Origin: Amoebidium appalachense
Taxonomy: Eukaryota; Protista; Ichthyosporea
Direction of reading: 5' to 3'
Assembly: GCA_963693365.1 (NCBI GenBank)
Contig: CAVNZM010000004.1
Span: 6,733,093 to 6,797,092 of the forward strand
DNA length: 64,000 bases
Both the position numbers and the translations under genes were made by a program. The notes beneath the pieces were generated by a model. That model did no database searches. It was not told the DNA's origin and saw only the letters and a list, made by a program, of their open reading frames with translations. Below are positions 26,311-44,202 of the stretch, in pieces; position 1 is the stretch's first letter, and every line of letters begins with the position of its first letter.

Positions 26311-27629
26311 GGGAGGAAAGGGAGGGAGGGGGGGGGGGGAGGGGGGGGGGGCTATACTCTGGAGAATAGATTTGAAGGATATGCTGCCATGAATACAACA
26401 CTGCACCAAGCTCAACATAAGTGAAACATGCTAGGAGCAAGACGGCGGAACTTGAACCGAGGCAGGAAACCAGGTAGCATCAAAGCTGAAACAGAGTAGG
26501 GTAGAAACGTGTGCTCCTGGTGAAAGTTTACTAAAATGTAGCTTGCATGCACCAGTGTGTGTGCGCGCGCTTATCACCATGTGTTCGTGTGCGCGTTCGT
26601 GCGTGTCCGTGTGTGTGTGCACGTGTGCATACACATGTGCATATGCTTCTGTATGCGCGTGTGCTTGTGTGCGTGTGCTTGTGTGAGTGTGTATTTGTCC
26701 ATGCGTGTATGTGTGTGTGTGTGGGTGGTTGGGTGGGTGGGTGGGTGGTGTGTGGGTGTGGGTGTGTGATGTGTGTGGTGTGGTGTGCGTGTGCGTGTTT
26801 CTTCGGCGTGTGCGTGCGTGTGCAACGGTGCGTGCGTGTGCGTGCGTGTGCATGCGTGCATGTGTGTGCATGTGTGTCTGTGTGAGTGTGAGTGTGTGTG
26901 TGTGCATATGGGAGCATGCCTTGCGTACGTAAGGGGGGGTGTCACCGGTGTGTGTGGGTGTGTGTGTGTGTGGGCGCGTGTGTGCGTGTGTGCGTGTGTG
27001 CGTGCGCACGTGTGAGTATGTCCGTGTAGTGTGTCTGTGTGTATGTGTGCAGTCTGTGCATGTGTGCGTGTGCATGTGCATGTGCGCGTGTGTGGGTGTC
27101 TCTAATTTGGCTGGGTGTGTGCGCTTGGCATGCATGTGTGGAGCATTCAATATGAGTGCATGAATCATTGGATCTTGCGGGTGGACGTGTGTGTATGTAA
27201 TTCTTTGTGTATGTGTGTTTTTGTGCATTTTCAGAGCAGGAGGCGGGTCATTGCGTTCATGTGTGCCAGTGTTTGTGCGTGAGTGAACGATTTCAGCTTT
27301 TTAATGCATTACTCAGGATCTGCCTCCCTCTCTCCGTTGACAAACAGAGTGCGTGTTTTTGCGTAGTCATATCATTTTAGGAATGTGCATAGAAAAGCCC
27401 GAGCTTTTTCTCGTGTCCAGCTGCCATCGAATCAGAAGTGTTTGTGCGCACACGTGCACGCATATTATATTTGCCTGGCGCACTGTCGCCTCGGCCGCTG
27501 CACAAAAGAACATGATTTTGCGTACGCTTAACCACCAACTTTTAGGTCGCGGTAAACGAGTCAGAAGGAGGGGTTGAGGGGAGGGAGGTTGCATGTGAGT
27601 GTGATCATGAACCGAGAGAAGGCATGAAG

Positions 27630-27663
<34 letters not shown>

Positions 27664-28712
27664 TTCCTCCCCCCCTCCCCCGGGCTTCGAAGCTTCTTTA
27701 GTAGGCCAGGCCGCAATTCGGCACGGTCCATCATTATGGCGCCTGCCTGTACATGTTTCGTATGCGTGTTAACTTCCAAAAAAGCGTTGACCATGCAAGG
27801 GTGTAAGACAGATCTGTCGATAGCTATCGATGCACATGCAAGAAGCCCGGTCAACTGCCTGCTTTGCCGATGGCTCGGTGCTCGGAGCAGCTGATTCGGA
27901 TACAGTATGCAGTATCAGCCAGCATATAGCCCGGGCCGCCCGGGCTGGATCCGGAAGAATAATAGCCTGTGCCCACGTATACAGTAGGTACTTCATGTCC
28001 TGTAGCGAGATCTGTGCAAATAATTATAAATAACATATTTGCAACACGCACTTGTATTCCATCGATACCCCATAAAAAAATATTGGGGTTTGGTTATTTG
28101 CAGTGATGTTTGATACAGGGCTGCACCTGCACAACGAGACTAGTAAACACAAGGGATCACCGGCGTTGGGTAGGCCCCGGGCCCGGATAGCTGTGTACAT
28201 GTACTGGCCGTGGCAGCCATCATACTGGGCCTCACATCAGGCTATCTATTTCTATTGCTCGGCGAATTCTAACCCTGAATATTGCGTGCTTTTACCTGCT
28301 TCCTCAATATCCGAAAGGCCATCTTCACTGAACATTGCATGTGGCTGTTTATCATCATGTGGGCCGCCCACTCATGACAGACGTGAGCTTTGCCTGGGCT
28401 GCCTGGGCTACTCGAGTAGCCAATCAAAACACCGAAACGTTCTACACTGGGCGATCCGTCGTCATCTGACCAGCCTGGCAACCCAGGATGGCAGCTTTGC
28501 ATGTACGTAACCAGGAGGTAACTGAACAATAAACTGCCAATTTTTGTTTCGGTTTAAAATTACATATTCTTAAGCTGCTAAACTGAAATGCTTATAATAA
28601 ACTTGCTTCGAGCAATCATTTTATATTGCCAACTGCACATATGGCCAAAGGCGTTGAACACTAATAATTAGTTACACTATGTATAATGTATGCGTGGGAG
28701 GTGATGGTTTTG

Positions 28713-28858
28713 ATTGGGTGATGTAATTAGCTTTGATTGATTGGATGTAGCGAAAACGGTGATTGGATAACGGTTCTTGAAACAATTTTGATTGGTTGCT
28801 TAAGTATGTTCAAAAAGAGCTTTTAATTGGCGGAAATCTATGACAGCTGATATAAAAA
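28713..28858 (+). promoter_or_regulatory. Array of five inverted CCAAT boxes plus TATA box upstream of GH114 copy A
   Basis: ATTGG at 28713, 28740, 28762, 28791 and 28826; TATAAAAA at 28851-28858. Confidence 0.6.
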
Positions 28859-28988
28859 CATTTCACCATCGCGGTAAAGAAGTTCATTCAATCGATTGAC
28901 GCCAAACTATCATACTAACTACAGCGATAGCACCGACAGTGCCACGTCTAACAGGTAATACCGGCACACATTGCAACAAACAACCAAA

Positions 28989-29765
28989 ATGCATCCAAGC
29001 GTACTTGTTCTTGCTTTGGCCGCCGCAGCCGCAGCCGCCCCACATCATGTAGCGCGCAGGGAAGGGTCATGGAACACAGGCCTGACGTGGGCAAACAAGG
29101 CCTACCTATTTGGCTCAAACACGGATGGTGTGGACGTGGTGGAGGTCGACACCTTCTATTCCACAGCCGAAGAGATCCAGGGCTACCATAGCAAGGACCA
29201 GCGCGTCATCTGCTACATGAGCGCAGGCACCCTCGAGCAGGGCCGGCCAGACCGCGACCAGGTGCCCAGCTCAGCGCTCAACACGTGGGCACCGTACAAC
29301 GGCGAGCAGTGGTTCAACGTGATGAACTGGCAGGACCTGCAGGGCGTCATGGGCGCACGCATGGACATGGCAAAGGCAAAGGGCTGCGATGCCATCGAGG
29401 CAGACAACATGGACTGCTTCGAATACAACGGCTGTGTGCCGGGCACAAGCATGGGCGCCAAGCAGGCAGCCACCAAGGAGTATGCCCTGTGGTTGGCCTC
29501 CCAGGCCCACCGTCGCGGGATGGCCATCGGTCTGAAGAACGCATTTGAGCTTATTCCCGAATTGGTCAATTCCTTCGACTTTGCCATTAATGAGTCATGC
29601 CCACGGTTCAAGCAGTGCGGTGTGTACAAGGCATTCCAGGCACAGGGCAAGGCCGTGTTTGGTGCCGAGTATTCTCTGAAGGGCGGTGCCGCATGTGGGC
29701 CAGCCCAGGAGAACGGCATCTCCATGTTGTATGAGTCAGGCAACGGATATGCTAGATGCTGGTAG
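28989..29765 (+). CDS. Secreted glycoside hydrolase family 114 (endo-alpha-1,4-galactosaminidase-like), intronless, 258 aa (copy A)
   Basis: Signal-peptide-like MHPSVLVLALAAAAAA; motifs VICYMSAGTLEQGRPD, ARMDMAKAKGCDAIEADNMD, AHRRGMAIGLKNAFELI, FDFAINESC and GKAVFGAEY typical of GH114. Confidence 0.9.
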   Translation: MHPSVLVLALAAAAAAAPHHVARREGSWNTGLTWANKAYLFGSNTDGVDVVEVDTFYSTAEEIQGYHSKDQRVICYMSAGTLEQGRPDRDQVPSSALNTWAPYNGEQWFNVMNWQDLQGVMGARMDMAKAKGCDAIEADNMDCFEYNGCVPGTSMGAKQAATKEYALWLASQAHRRGMAIGLKNAFELIPELVNSFDFAINESCPRFKQCGVYKAFQAQGKAVFGAEYSLKGGAACGPAQENGISMLYESGNGYARCW

Positions 29766-30261
29766 AATCCAGAAGAAAGTACTACAAAAGATAGTAAAAA
29801 GGCTTCAAATGTTCAAATATTAGGTTAAGTAATTGATTTAACACATGTACATAATAATAATTAGTGCTACGCTAGTCTAGCTGAGCGGACATGTATATAC
29901 TTTGAAGCGCCGAATGCCGAATGCAAGCAGAAAGGCGAGCTACTGGCTCACCATTTTGATTTTTAGTGCTGGTTCCTGGAGGACATTGTAATATAGCAAG
30001 AGTGACCGCTGAAGGTCACGTGCCAGGCATTGTATGTCTTGGGCAAGAAATACCATGTAAATAAATTAATATTCAGCAACAATTGGAAATAACTTGCTAT
30101 TACGTAAGAATATGCAAAAAACTAAAACCTTAACAGAGCAGCTGCTGACCTGGAACCACGGCGCATGCATACACGTGCGTGCGCTCACACACACACACAC
30201 ACAGACACATGCGCACATACAAACACACATACGTACACACATGCGCGCACACGAACACACG

Positions 30262-30306
<45 letters not shown>

Positions 30307-30343
30307 CACGCACACGCACTGCACACACACAACACGCACACAC

Positions 30344-30375
<32 letters not shown>

Positions 30376-30410
30376 ACACATACACACACACGCACACACA
30401 ACACACACAC

Positions 30411-30444
<34 letters not shown>

Positions 30445-31652
30445 ACACGCACACGCACCCACACACAACACACACGCACATACACACACACACACACGGA
30501 CACACGGACACACGGACACACGGACACACACAGACACACACACACACACACACGCCCACATACACGAGCGCGCCCACTGTTAAAAAAACCACACAGGCGC
30601 ACCGTGCAGCTGAATGCGCTAGGCATAAAACGAGTACACGACAACTTTTTCAAAACCAAACATCTGCACCTCTGACAAGTAGTGACCCCATCCCCCCCAC
30701 CACCCCCTTCCCCTCCCCCCCCCGCCCTCCTCCCCCCCACAACCCCACACGCGCACACACAGACACGCACGCACCGTGAGACACACACACACACACACAC
30801 GCACACGCACAAAATATATATAACATATATGTGTGTGTGATAAAAACCTAACCTATGACCACACTTTGACACACTGCTACCACACAGCTACCACACAGCT
30901 ACCACACAGGGTGAAGATCAAGCCACTAATATTAGCCACAAACAGTTTGATACAGGCCAGTTAAGAAGGCAAAAGGCCACACAAAGAATATGCACAGGCA
31001 CAGAAAGGGTACATGCGCACGTGCATGCAAACCTACTCTTGTGTGCACCTAACACTGGAGCTTGGAGCAACCTTCGAATTCATCATGCGAGTGTAAGTGT
31101 CAATGGTGAGACCGAATGCAATTTGACCGAGCTGCATGGACATACAACGAAACAGGGACGAATCGATGAAACCACTTCGGCTCTGCTGCTACTTGAAAAG
31201 GCTCTGTGCAGATGTCAATGCAGCTCTTTCCTCTCAGCTAAGCCGAAAAAAAACAAGCAAAGCCCCCCTCCCCCCTCCCCTCCCTTTTCCCTGACATCCC
31301 CCCCTTTCCCCCTCCCCTCCCCCCACCCACCCACCCACCCACATCCGCACACCCCATCCCTTATGTTTCGTTTTAAGCCCACCTTATATTCGCTTGGCGT
31401 CCACACACTAATGCATCTGACCTTTCGCATACTATTCATAATGCTGCACCAATCAAATTTTCGCACCGTGAGCCTTAAACGAGATTTAGTGCTCTACTGT
31501 TTTTGAAAAATGAAAAGGAGCTAATGCAGATGAACAGGGCAACAGGTATCCCCTCTTTCCCTTAACCGCAATACCCTTCCCCCCCCCTTCCCCCCGCGCT
31601 CCATCCCCCCTCCCCCTCCGCCCCTCCCCCCCCCCTCCCCCCCCCCCCCCCC

Positions 31653-31683
<31 letters not shown>

Positions 31684-31774
31684 TCAAAATGAAGAAAGAA
31701 CAAAAAGGACAACTAGAAGGAGATGAAGAAAAATAGGGGGGGAAATCTTCTTAGACACGGAACCTTTCATTGAC

Positions 31775-35616
<3,842 letters not shown>

Positions 35617-35718
35617 GTTTGGCTTTCCTGCTCGTGTGGTGTAATGTGTTTGCGTGTGTGTGTGCGTGTGTGTATGTGGGTGGGTAGGTGGGTGGGTGGG
35701 TGGGTGGGTGGGTGGGTG

Positions 35719-35767
<49 letters not shown>

Positions 35768-35781
35768 CTTTTTTTTTTTAT

Positions 35782-35823
<42 letters not shown>

Positions 35824-36266
35824 TGCACGCCTGTGTGTGACTGTGTGCACATTGGTGCGATTAGTAATCCACGTTTTCACCTCTTCTACTAGCATCCTCC
35901 TACTCCACCTCCTTCACCATCTTCTCCTTTTCTTCTTTTTGTTTCGGTTTTCCTTTCTTCGCCTTTGCTTTCTTCTGCTTTTTTTCAATTCTTTTTCCCT
36001 TTGAAAGGGGGTTGGGGTGGGGGGTTAACCAAAGGCATGTCCCCCAATCAATCCAGCACTGCCCCCCCCTTCCCCCCCCCCCTCCTTATCCAATCCAGCG
36101 CTGCCCCCCTCTCCTATCCCCCCCACCTCCCCCCATCCCCACCACAATCAGCACTTCCCCACCTCCCCCCTCCCCCGTGCACCCCTTCTCCCCCTCTCTC
36201 CCTCCACTCCCCGTAATCCAGGGATTTGAGTTCCTGATCCCTCGAAACACAGGCACACGCACTAAA

Positions 36267-36301
<35 letters not shown>

Positions 36302-36305
36302 AACA

Positions 36306-36378
<73 letters not shown>

Positions 36379-36547
36379 GTCGTCCAGCTGGCACCCAACC
36401 CAATACATAATAAAGGACTCCCACGTGCAAGGTGGGCTTACCAGACGTTGGAGGCGAACACTGAACTTAGTCTCGAATGCCTCGCAGTTTCTACACGTCT
36501 ATGTTGTGCATTCATAGTTAACTGCGTGTTGCACACTGAAGTTGTGT

Positions 36548-36641
36548 GTGAGATTTAGGCTTCATTTTTGCTGCCCGCAACTAACAATTGGTATAAGTGA
36601 GATGTAGGCTTCATTTTTGCTGCCCAAAACTAACAATTGGT
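36548..36641. repeat. Tandem duplication (~48 bp x2) in the divergent receptor promoter region
   Basis: GTGAGAT(T/G)TAGGCTTCATTTTTGCTGCCC..AACTAACAATTGGT occurs twice. Confidence 0.8.
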
Positions 36642-37118
36642 TTTTTTTTTTGGTTTTTTTTTGCGTGAGCACAGAGTCTGCGGAAAATTATTAATAATTG
36701 CCCGTATGTACTGAGCGTGAACCCTTCCTGAAACGGTCGAGACTTTTTATCATACAAGTTCACTAGTGTGTCCGACATGGACTACCCCATAAATGAGCAG
36801 AAAATGGCCTCCATTTCCATAAAGCAGCGTGCTGCAGTGCTGCACGAGCAGGCAGCAGGCGCATGCACGCGACTGGGCAATGCATGGGGGACAAGGAGGG
36901 AACGCAATGTGGCATGCCCCATAATGGAATGGTTTTTATTCGATAGTGCTCCTGCAATTTCATGTTTTGATCTTTTTCTCCATAAAACGACGGCTGGCCC
37001 AACTATATATGACAGGTCGCTGATCATACAACGTTGATGAGTCCAAGCGCCTACATTCACCCATTCACCCTAGATCGTAATTCGAGTACCACCCGCTAGT
37101 CTCTAAGGCTTTGTAGGG

Positions 37119-37188
37119 TTTACACACTTTTTATTGCGCCGCGACACTGCCGGAGGCCCAGCCACATTCGACGGCCTACTGCGTTTTC
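37119..37188 (+). repeat. Dispersed ~70-bp repeat (second copy at 62454-62522)
   Basis: TTACACACTTTTTATT...GACACTGCCGG(A/G)GGCCCAGCCAC..TCGACGGCCTACTGCGTTTTCCA at both sites. Confidence 0.7.
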
Positions 37189-39020
37189 CAGCGCAGCCAA
37201 TCAAATGCAGCCAGTGACATATGTACATGTAAGGCAACAATGAGCGCCATCGTAGTATATGACACCCCTATTACATATTATGGGTAAGCAGAGGCTAGCA
37301 TCGGTAGCTCCGAAAGAAAGTTAAGGCACCGGATCACACTATCATACTGTGTCACAATATCATACTGTGATACCCGCTGGCTTACGTAAGTGGCCGGGGC
37401 GGCCTACGACGCTGCGGGACCTCTCCGGCGGGGTCCTTCTGGATGTAATGACCATCAGATCGTTCAATGTGCAGTGACCAATCGAAATGCTCAAACATTT
37501 TAAAGCAAACATTTAACTTCATTGATTAAAAAAGCACGGGCAAGCGGATCATGTCTTCTTTTGACTGGTAGGATGGGCTTACGTCATTTTGAACTAATCA
37601 CCGCTCGTAAAGAAAGATCCGATTACGCGCGATCAAACTACAAGGTATGTTATAGGGCGCAGGGAGACAGCACTCAAAGTGACTAACCACCAGCACCTGT
37701 TCGTGATCAGTTTCTATTAGTTACATTAGAAGAATAGCTTACAGAAGCAACTGTCATGGCACAACAAACCAAACAATTGCATGCAATAACGCGGTTGAGC
37801 TTATTATATGTAGGGGAAAGTGGATGAGCTTTTGGCCTTTAATGACACTGTGCCTAGCAGCCGCTACTGTTGTTTGTCGTACGGTATGAAATGAAACAGC
37901 CGCACTTGAAATCCCTAGCTGTTTGCGCAACCACTTTGTGGTGCTCTGCGAACCAATCGGAAATCGTCCATTGTTTACATTTTTCAGGAACATGTGACGG
38001 TGACATGTCCGGCCAAGTACGCGGCCAGGACTCAGCAAACGCAGTGCCACACGTGCGCGCGCGCGCGGGATCTTAGCGGGGCGAGTGCGTGGACTTAGCC
38101 AACAACAAATAAACCGTTTCACGAACACAGAGACAAAGGCGGAGTACACTTTCACTTTAATTCACATCATAGTGACAATAGCTGTGCCAGTGTTCAAGCA
38201 AGAACATTGTGATCTCGGTGTAGAAGGAAATAGGTTTCCTTTTTGATTTTGTAGTAGAGAGTTGACAACGTGATTGAAGCTTGGCGGCGTTGCTCGTTCT
38301 TGCACACATCACGCCCGTTGAGTTTGTGTTGCACACAATGTTGCCACGCGGTTCACACTAGGCACAAGCAAACACTCGGCAAGAAAAAACCACATCAACT
38401 AAGTTATTCAGACCTAAGGCGACTTTTTCATTGCAGACAGAAGGCATCAAGATGTTTATTATGGCCAACATTGGCACATTTCTGTACTCTCTCGGTTTTT
38501 GTCCCCTCAACTTCGAAGTCCCATATAGCAAAGGGGAGTTATGTGCTTATGTGTAACGAGCAGTGAAGAATAGGAGAGTACCTTAGCCTAGAGAGAAAGA
38601 CAAAAGAAAAGTACACATGTTGTTACTTGTAGACGGAAGGAGGAAAGACTCTGGGTCTACTACGAAGAAGCGGGAAAAAGGAAGATCGGTTCGCGTGTAT
38701 GAGGTGAGGAAAGAAGCTGGATTTGTGTGTGGAGCCTCATAGATTACCGTTGGTATTTGTTTAGGAGGGCTTCCAAATTGGTGGAGGCCTATGTAAGGTA
38801 CCGAGATTTATTACTGAATGTGTGTGCTTGTGACAGAGCCTCTTCATATGTGAGTGCGTGCGTGCGTGCGTGCGTGTGCGTGTGCGTGTGTAGGTGCGCG
38901 CACGTATGTGCACTCATGCGTGTGTGCGTGCCTGAGTGTATTTCTTTTTTTCTTCCTTTCCTTGCCATTGCTGCTCTGCTCTTGTCCGACGCGTTTATCA
39001 GATAGCGTGCACACACACAC

Positions 39021-39087
<67 letters not shown>

Positions 39088-39195
39088 ACAACAAACCTAC
39101 GCACCCACGCGCCACACATGTGCCGCCACACAAAATTTAGAACAAAAACGCAGATTCGCCTTAAGTTTTGTTGTCCCCGCTCCCCCCCCCCCCCC

Positions 39196-39249
<54 letters not shown>

Positions 39250-39277
39250 ATCTATCTCTCTCTATCTCCCCACCCCC

Positions 39278-39322
<45 letters not shown>

Positions 39323-39467
39323 CGAGGCTCTCTCTCACCCTCCCCATCCCCCCCCCCTCTCTCTCTCCCCCCCATCCCCAAACCCCCCTCCCCCCTCTCT
39401 CTCTCCCTCCCCCCCCCCCCCCCCCCGGTCTCTCTCTAACACCACCATTATTCCCACACAGGTCGTC

Positions 39468-40722
39468 ATGTCCACACCTACCCCCTGGACACCATCCCAA
39501 AACCTAATGCTGACCATTACAGGTCGGATCACCAGCACTCTAGGAATGGGTGGGTGTGTGGCAATACTTGCCCTGTACACCCGCACAAACCACCAAAGGC
39601 GCACAGACAGGCACTGTATCTTGGCTCTGCTCTCTGCCTGTCTGCTTCTCAGTACTTCTGGAAACTTCCTCGGCACGTGGCCCTTTGCCTCTTACACAGT
39701 GTGCTCCTTCCAGGTGCATGCCCTCCCACCCTTCCCCCCCCCCTCCCCCTCCCCCCTCCCCCTCCCCACCCGCCCTCCCCTCCCCCCCCCCCCCCCCCTG
39801 GCACACACACACACACACACATTTCCCCCACTCCCCACCCAACCACCCCTACGTCATCTCCTTTCTCCCATGCCTACCTCCTGTCTTCCCCCCAGCCCCT
39901 CCGGCCGCGTTCCCCCTCCTCTCCTTTTCTCTCCCGCATCCCCTTCCCCCTGCCCCCCTTTCTCTCATCCCCTCTTCCCCTCCTCTGACCTCTCCCCTTT
40001 CTGCCCTTCCAATACACCTTACTAACGGCTGCCACAGATCAATAATTACGTGATACGGCCCTAATATAAACACAATGACCTCCCCCTCCCCCTCCCCCCC
40101 CCCCCCCCCCTGCGGGGGAATCGACACTGCCTACCACGATCCCACTTTACACTGTGTAGTACCTTGCACCTCTCGTCTTTTACAAATGATAGTAATAAAA
40201 ACCTTCCCCCCTCCCCCCACCCTCCCCCCTCGGGCCCCTTGCCCTCCTATCTACCCTGCCTTTTATACTTGAGCCGTGCCACCTCCCTCCCCCCCCCCCC
40301 CCCCCCTCTCCCGCCCGCCTTCCGGCTGCCTGCCCTCACCCTATCCATTCGCTGCCCCCTCCCCTTTCCCCCACCCTACACACACACCAATTTCTTTTCC
40401 ATCCTCCAATCCTCCCCCATCCATCCCCCAATTACTCTCCAGGCACACAATGGAATACTCACACGTTCTGTCGATTTTTTTGCATGTGTGCACGCGCACA
40501 CACACACACACACACACGCGCGTGCGCGCGCCGCACACACACACACATGCATGCGGGCACACAGACACACACACATGCTACCAAGACGTGCACACACACA
40601 CACACACACTACACACACACATCCCCCCTCCCCCACAACACACACACATATCCTCCCCCTTCCCCTCCTCCTTTCCCACCCACCCCCTGGCCACTACCCC
40701 TCCCCCCTCCCCCCCCCTCCCC

Positions 40723-40753
<31 letters not shown>

Positions 40754-41468
40754 ACACAGGGATTCATCATCCAGTTTGCCACAGGCAATGCCCTCTGGAT
40801 CGCCCACCTCTCCACCCACATGATCCTGACAATCCTCTTTGGAATCCACCCTTACCGCCTACGTTTTTACCCGCATTTCGCCTGTCTCGTTTCGTTTGGA
40901 ATCCCCATCTCTACTGGCATCTATTTCTGGATGAAAGGAATGTACGCCCCCGCGGGTCCCTGGTGTTTTGTCGACGCAAAATACACAAAACACCGCCTCG
41001 GACTACTCTGTGTGGCGTGGGTGTGTGGTGGCTATGTTTTTCTCGTGTCTCTGCTCTTTCTCATCCGTGTACACCGCGAGTTCGTATATTTTCGACGACT
41101 GCGGATGTCCCCGTTTATAACTTCGGACGCCAACAAACGCATAGCGTATCAGGTCCTATCGTTTTGCTTCGCTTTTATCCTTATTTGGATACCCCCGTCC
41201 ATCCACCGCATACACAACCTTCTGCACCCGACCCGCCCATCCTTTCTCTTTTCGTTCCTCACCGTTCTAGTGACCCCCCTCGAGGGGTTTTTCAACTTTC
41301 TCGTTTACGTTTTCCCTACTTTGTATCGAAAATACAGCCAGGCAGGGCGGTTTGATCGGTTTGTTTTCGATCTGGACAACGCACCCACGGAGCCCTACGT
41401 GTTTCCACCCACTGTTACACCGAGGCACACAGGATCTGTGCTTCACAGCTCAATATTACAGGTGCAAG

Positions 41469-41500
<32 letters not shown>

Positions 41501-42134
41501 TACCCCCCCCCCCACCATCGGGGCTCCCCTACCCTTGCCCCCTCCCCCCCCCCCCCCCCCTCTCTCCCGCCCTCCTCCCCTATCCCCCCGGCCCCGGGCC
41601 AGTGTTCAAGCCCTTCTTTATTGTCGATGATATCGAATTTCTTACTTCAATTCCTGTGGGATATCTTTCCACAAACACGAGACTGACCTGTTAGTAGTAA
41701 CTAGTACATAGGGGTGTTGCAGTGATATATGGGTGCTTTTGAACCACAGGAAAACACAAAAATTTTCAATTAAATCTGTTGCTAACTAAGCTTATGCCTA
41801 TGCCCCAACCTGGGCCTAGTAAGGCCTTACCATAAAACGTACCCACTTCTCTAACCCTCTCTCTCTCTCTCCCCCCCAACCCCCCCCCCCCCCCCCTCCC
41901 TCCTCCCCCCCGTATCACACACACACGTGCGCGCAAACCCCCCCTCTCCCTCTCATCCTCCACTCCCATTGCCCGGTTCAATCCCACTCACAACCTACCC
42001 TCACCACCCCCTTCCCCTGCCGGAGCACACACACAACAGCAGGAACCCCCCGTTCCTCTTCATCCCTCCACTTTCTCCCTCCCGTTCACCTCCCCCCTCC
42101 CCTCCCCCCCCCTCCCCCCCCTCCCCCCCTCCCC

Positions 42135-42165
<31 letters not shown>

Positions 42166-42402
42166 AAAAAAAAAAAAAAGCCACCGATGGTCTTTGACAT
42201 AACACCAGTACAAGAGCCAGCTCCCTGGCCGGATGGGACCAGTCTGAACACTGTGATTGGTCGAAGATCATGCACAAAGTCGACATCAAGTGGGTCAGAG
42301 GGGACGGCAGAGGAGGGAAGTGCGGGGCACAGTGAATGCGACGTGGTTGGTGAGACCAGCGGGGGACGGGTGGAGGTGCAAACGGTCAGCGGGGATGAGT
42401 GA
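39468..42402 (+). CDS. 7TM receptor, cAMP-receptor/Git3/GCR1-like GPCR (copy B)
   Basis: Exons 39468-39713, 40760-41461 and 42181-42402 (all phase 0); motifs CSFQGFIIQF, YAPAGPWCFV, FCFAFILIWIPPS and TPLEGFFNFLVY; an acceptor just upstream of the ATG suggests a 5' UTR intron. Confidence 0.85.
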
Positions 42403-43252
42403 GTTTATGGGGGGGAGGGGGGGGTGGGGGGAGGGGGGGAGAGGGGGGGGGGGGGGGGGGGGGGGGGAGGAGTGGGGGGAAGACAGAAGGAAATAGAGAA
42501 AGAGTCAATGAATGAAAAAGGTAATGAATGAATGAATGAATGAAATGAATGAAACAAATACAAAAAGAAAGTTCTTTTTTTTACCCTTCATGTATGTGCA
42601 CCATTACTGGATTTTGGCTTTATGGACGCTCAAGTTGTGTTTCCCGGGCTTTGCATGAACGTTTGGCAGATTTATTATTCTCGTGTGTGGTGACTTAAGG
42701 TGTAGATGTTGTTTTACGACCATTTTGTGCGTCTGCTGGCCTTAATACCTGCTATGGAGTCAATATGCCGTTGTGTGTACTGTATATTGCGTTTCTATCA
42801 TGATTATTGTATGATCGGAGAAGGGCGGGGGAGGCGGGGAGGCGGGGAGGAAGGGGGGGTGGGAGGAGGGGGGAGGGGGAAGGGGGGGGGGAGGGGGGGG
42901 GGGGGGGGCTTGTTACAAGCCCACATTGAATAAGCAAAAGCATATGATTTTGAACGGTTTCAGCTATGCATGATAACGCTTTCAAGCAGCTTAATGATGC
43001 ACATCGACTTACTATCTGAGTTGGAGAGGTCCGTGGGCATTTTTATACTGCCAAACTTTTTCAACCCCATATTTTCCTTGCCCTCAAATTCCGTTTTTCT
43101 TTAAGAGTAAAGCTGTTAAGCTCGCCTGGGGTGTATGAAGATAATGTCTCTGTAAGGGGGCAAAAGGAATGGCCCCAGTGACCGAGCCAAGTGTGTGGGG
43201 AGAGGGTGAGAAGTGGGAGGGGATTTGGTTGGGGAAAGGGAGGGGTTTTTTT

Positions 43253-43285
<33 letters not shown>

Positions 43286-44123
43286 GGGGAGGGACGGGGA
43301 AAGGGCCGAGGGGGGGGGGGGGGGGGTGGGGAGGGGGGAGGGGGGAGGCGGGGACGTTTCTTCTTTTCTTTTCCTTTTTTTTTGGGGGGGGGGGGGGGGG
43401 GGGGGAGGGGGGGAGGGGGGGGGGGGGGGGGGGGCGTTAACTTCTCAACAAAGCAATGACTTACATTGACTTCATATTCTCAACGTCCTATTTGCCGCAA
43501 GAGATGCGTAACTTTTTTTTCCCAAAGTTTTTGGTTGGGGGGGGGGGGGGGGGGGGGGGGGGTTCAATTTTGACAAAATTGGGAGCGACGGAGAATTTCT
43601 GATCTAGCCAGAAACAATCAGGCAAAAGATCTGAAGACAGAAGGGGGGGGGGGGGGGGGGGAAGAAGGGGGGGGGGGGGGGGGGGGCTGGAGCATGGGGA
43701 TGGAGAGAAGTGAGTGAAATTACAGGCGAGGAGAAAGTTGAATGGAGAGGGGTGGGTGGTGGTGGTGATGGTGGTGGTGGTGGTGGTACACATAGAATTA
43801 TTTGCTCGATGCCACAGATTTGTGTTGGACAACGAATCATGCGAACAGTCAGAGTTGTATGAACGTGTGTGTGTGTGTGCGGGTGTGTGTTTGTGTGTGT
43901 GTGCGCGGGTGTGTGTTTGTGTGTGTGTGCGCGGGTGTGTGTTTGTGTGTGTGCGCGCGCGCACGTGTGCGCATGTGTTGTATGAGGAGTGTGTGCGTGC
44001 ATGTGTGTGTGCGCGCGCGTGCGTGTGTGTGTGTGTGCGTGCGTGCGTGCGTGTGTGTGTGTGTGTGCATGTGTGCGTGTGTGCGCGCGTGTGTGTGTTT
44101 GTGTGTGTGTGTGTGTGCGTGTT

Positions 44124-44202
<79 letters not shown>

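Noticed and set aside
26200-28510. Possible exon fragments between UBL gene 2 and GH114-A
   Set aside because: Isolated AG/GT-bounded segments give no coherent or recognisable protein.
29213-29743. Antisense and alternative-frame ORFs over the GH114 genes (also 59797-60435)
   Set aside because: Shadow ORFs caused by GC-rich codon usage of the real gene.
36548-36641. CRISPR-like repeats among the short tandem duplications (also 13317, 59139)
   Set aside because: Only two adjacent units with no unique spacers, no cas genes, eukaryotic context.
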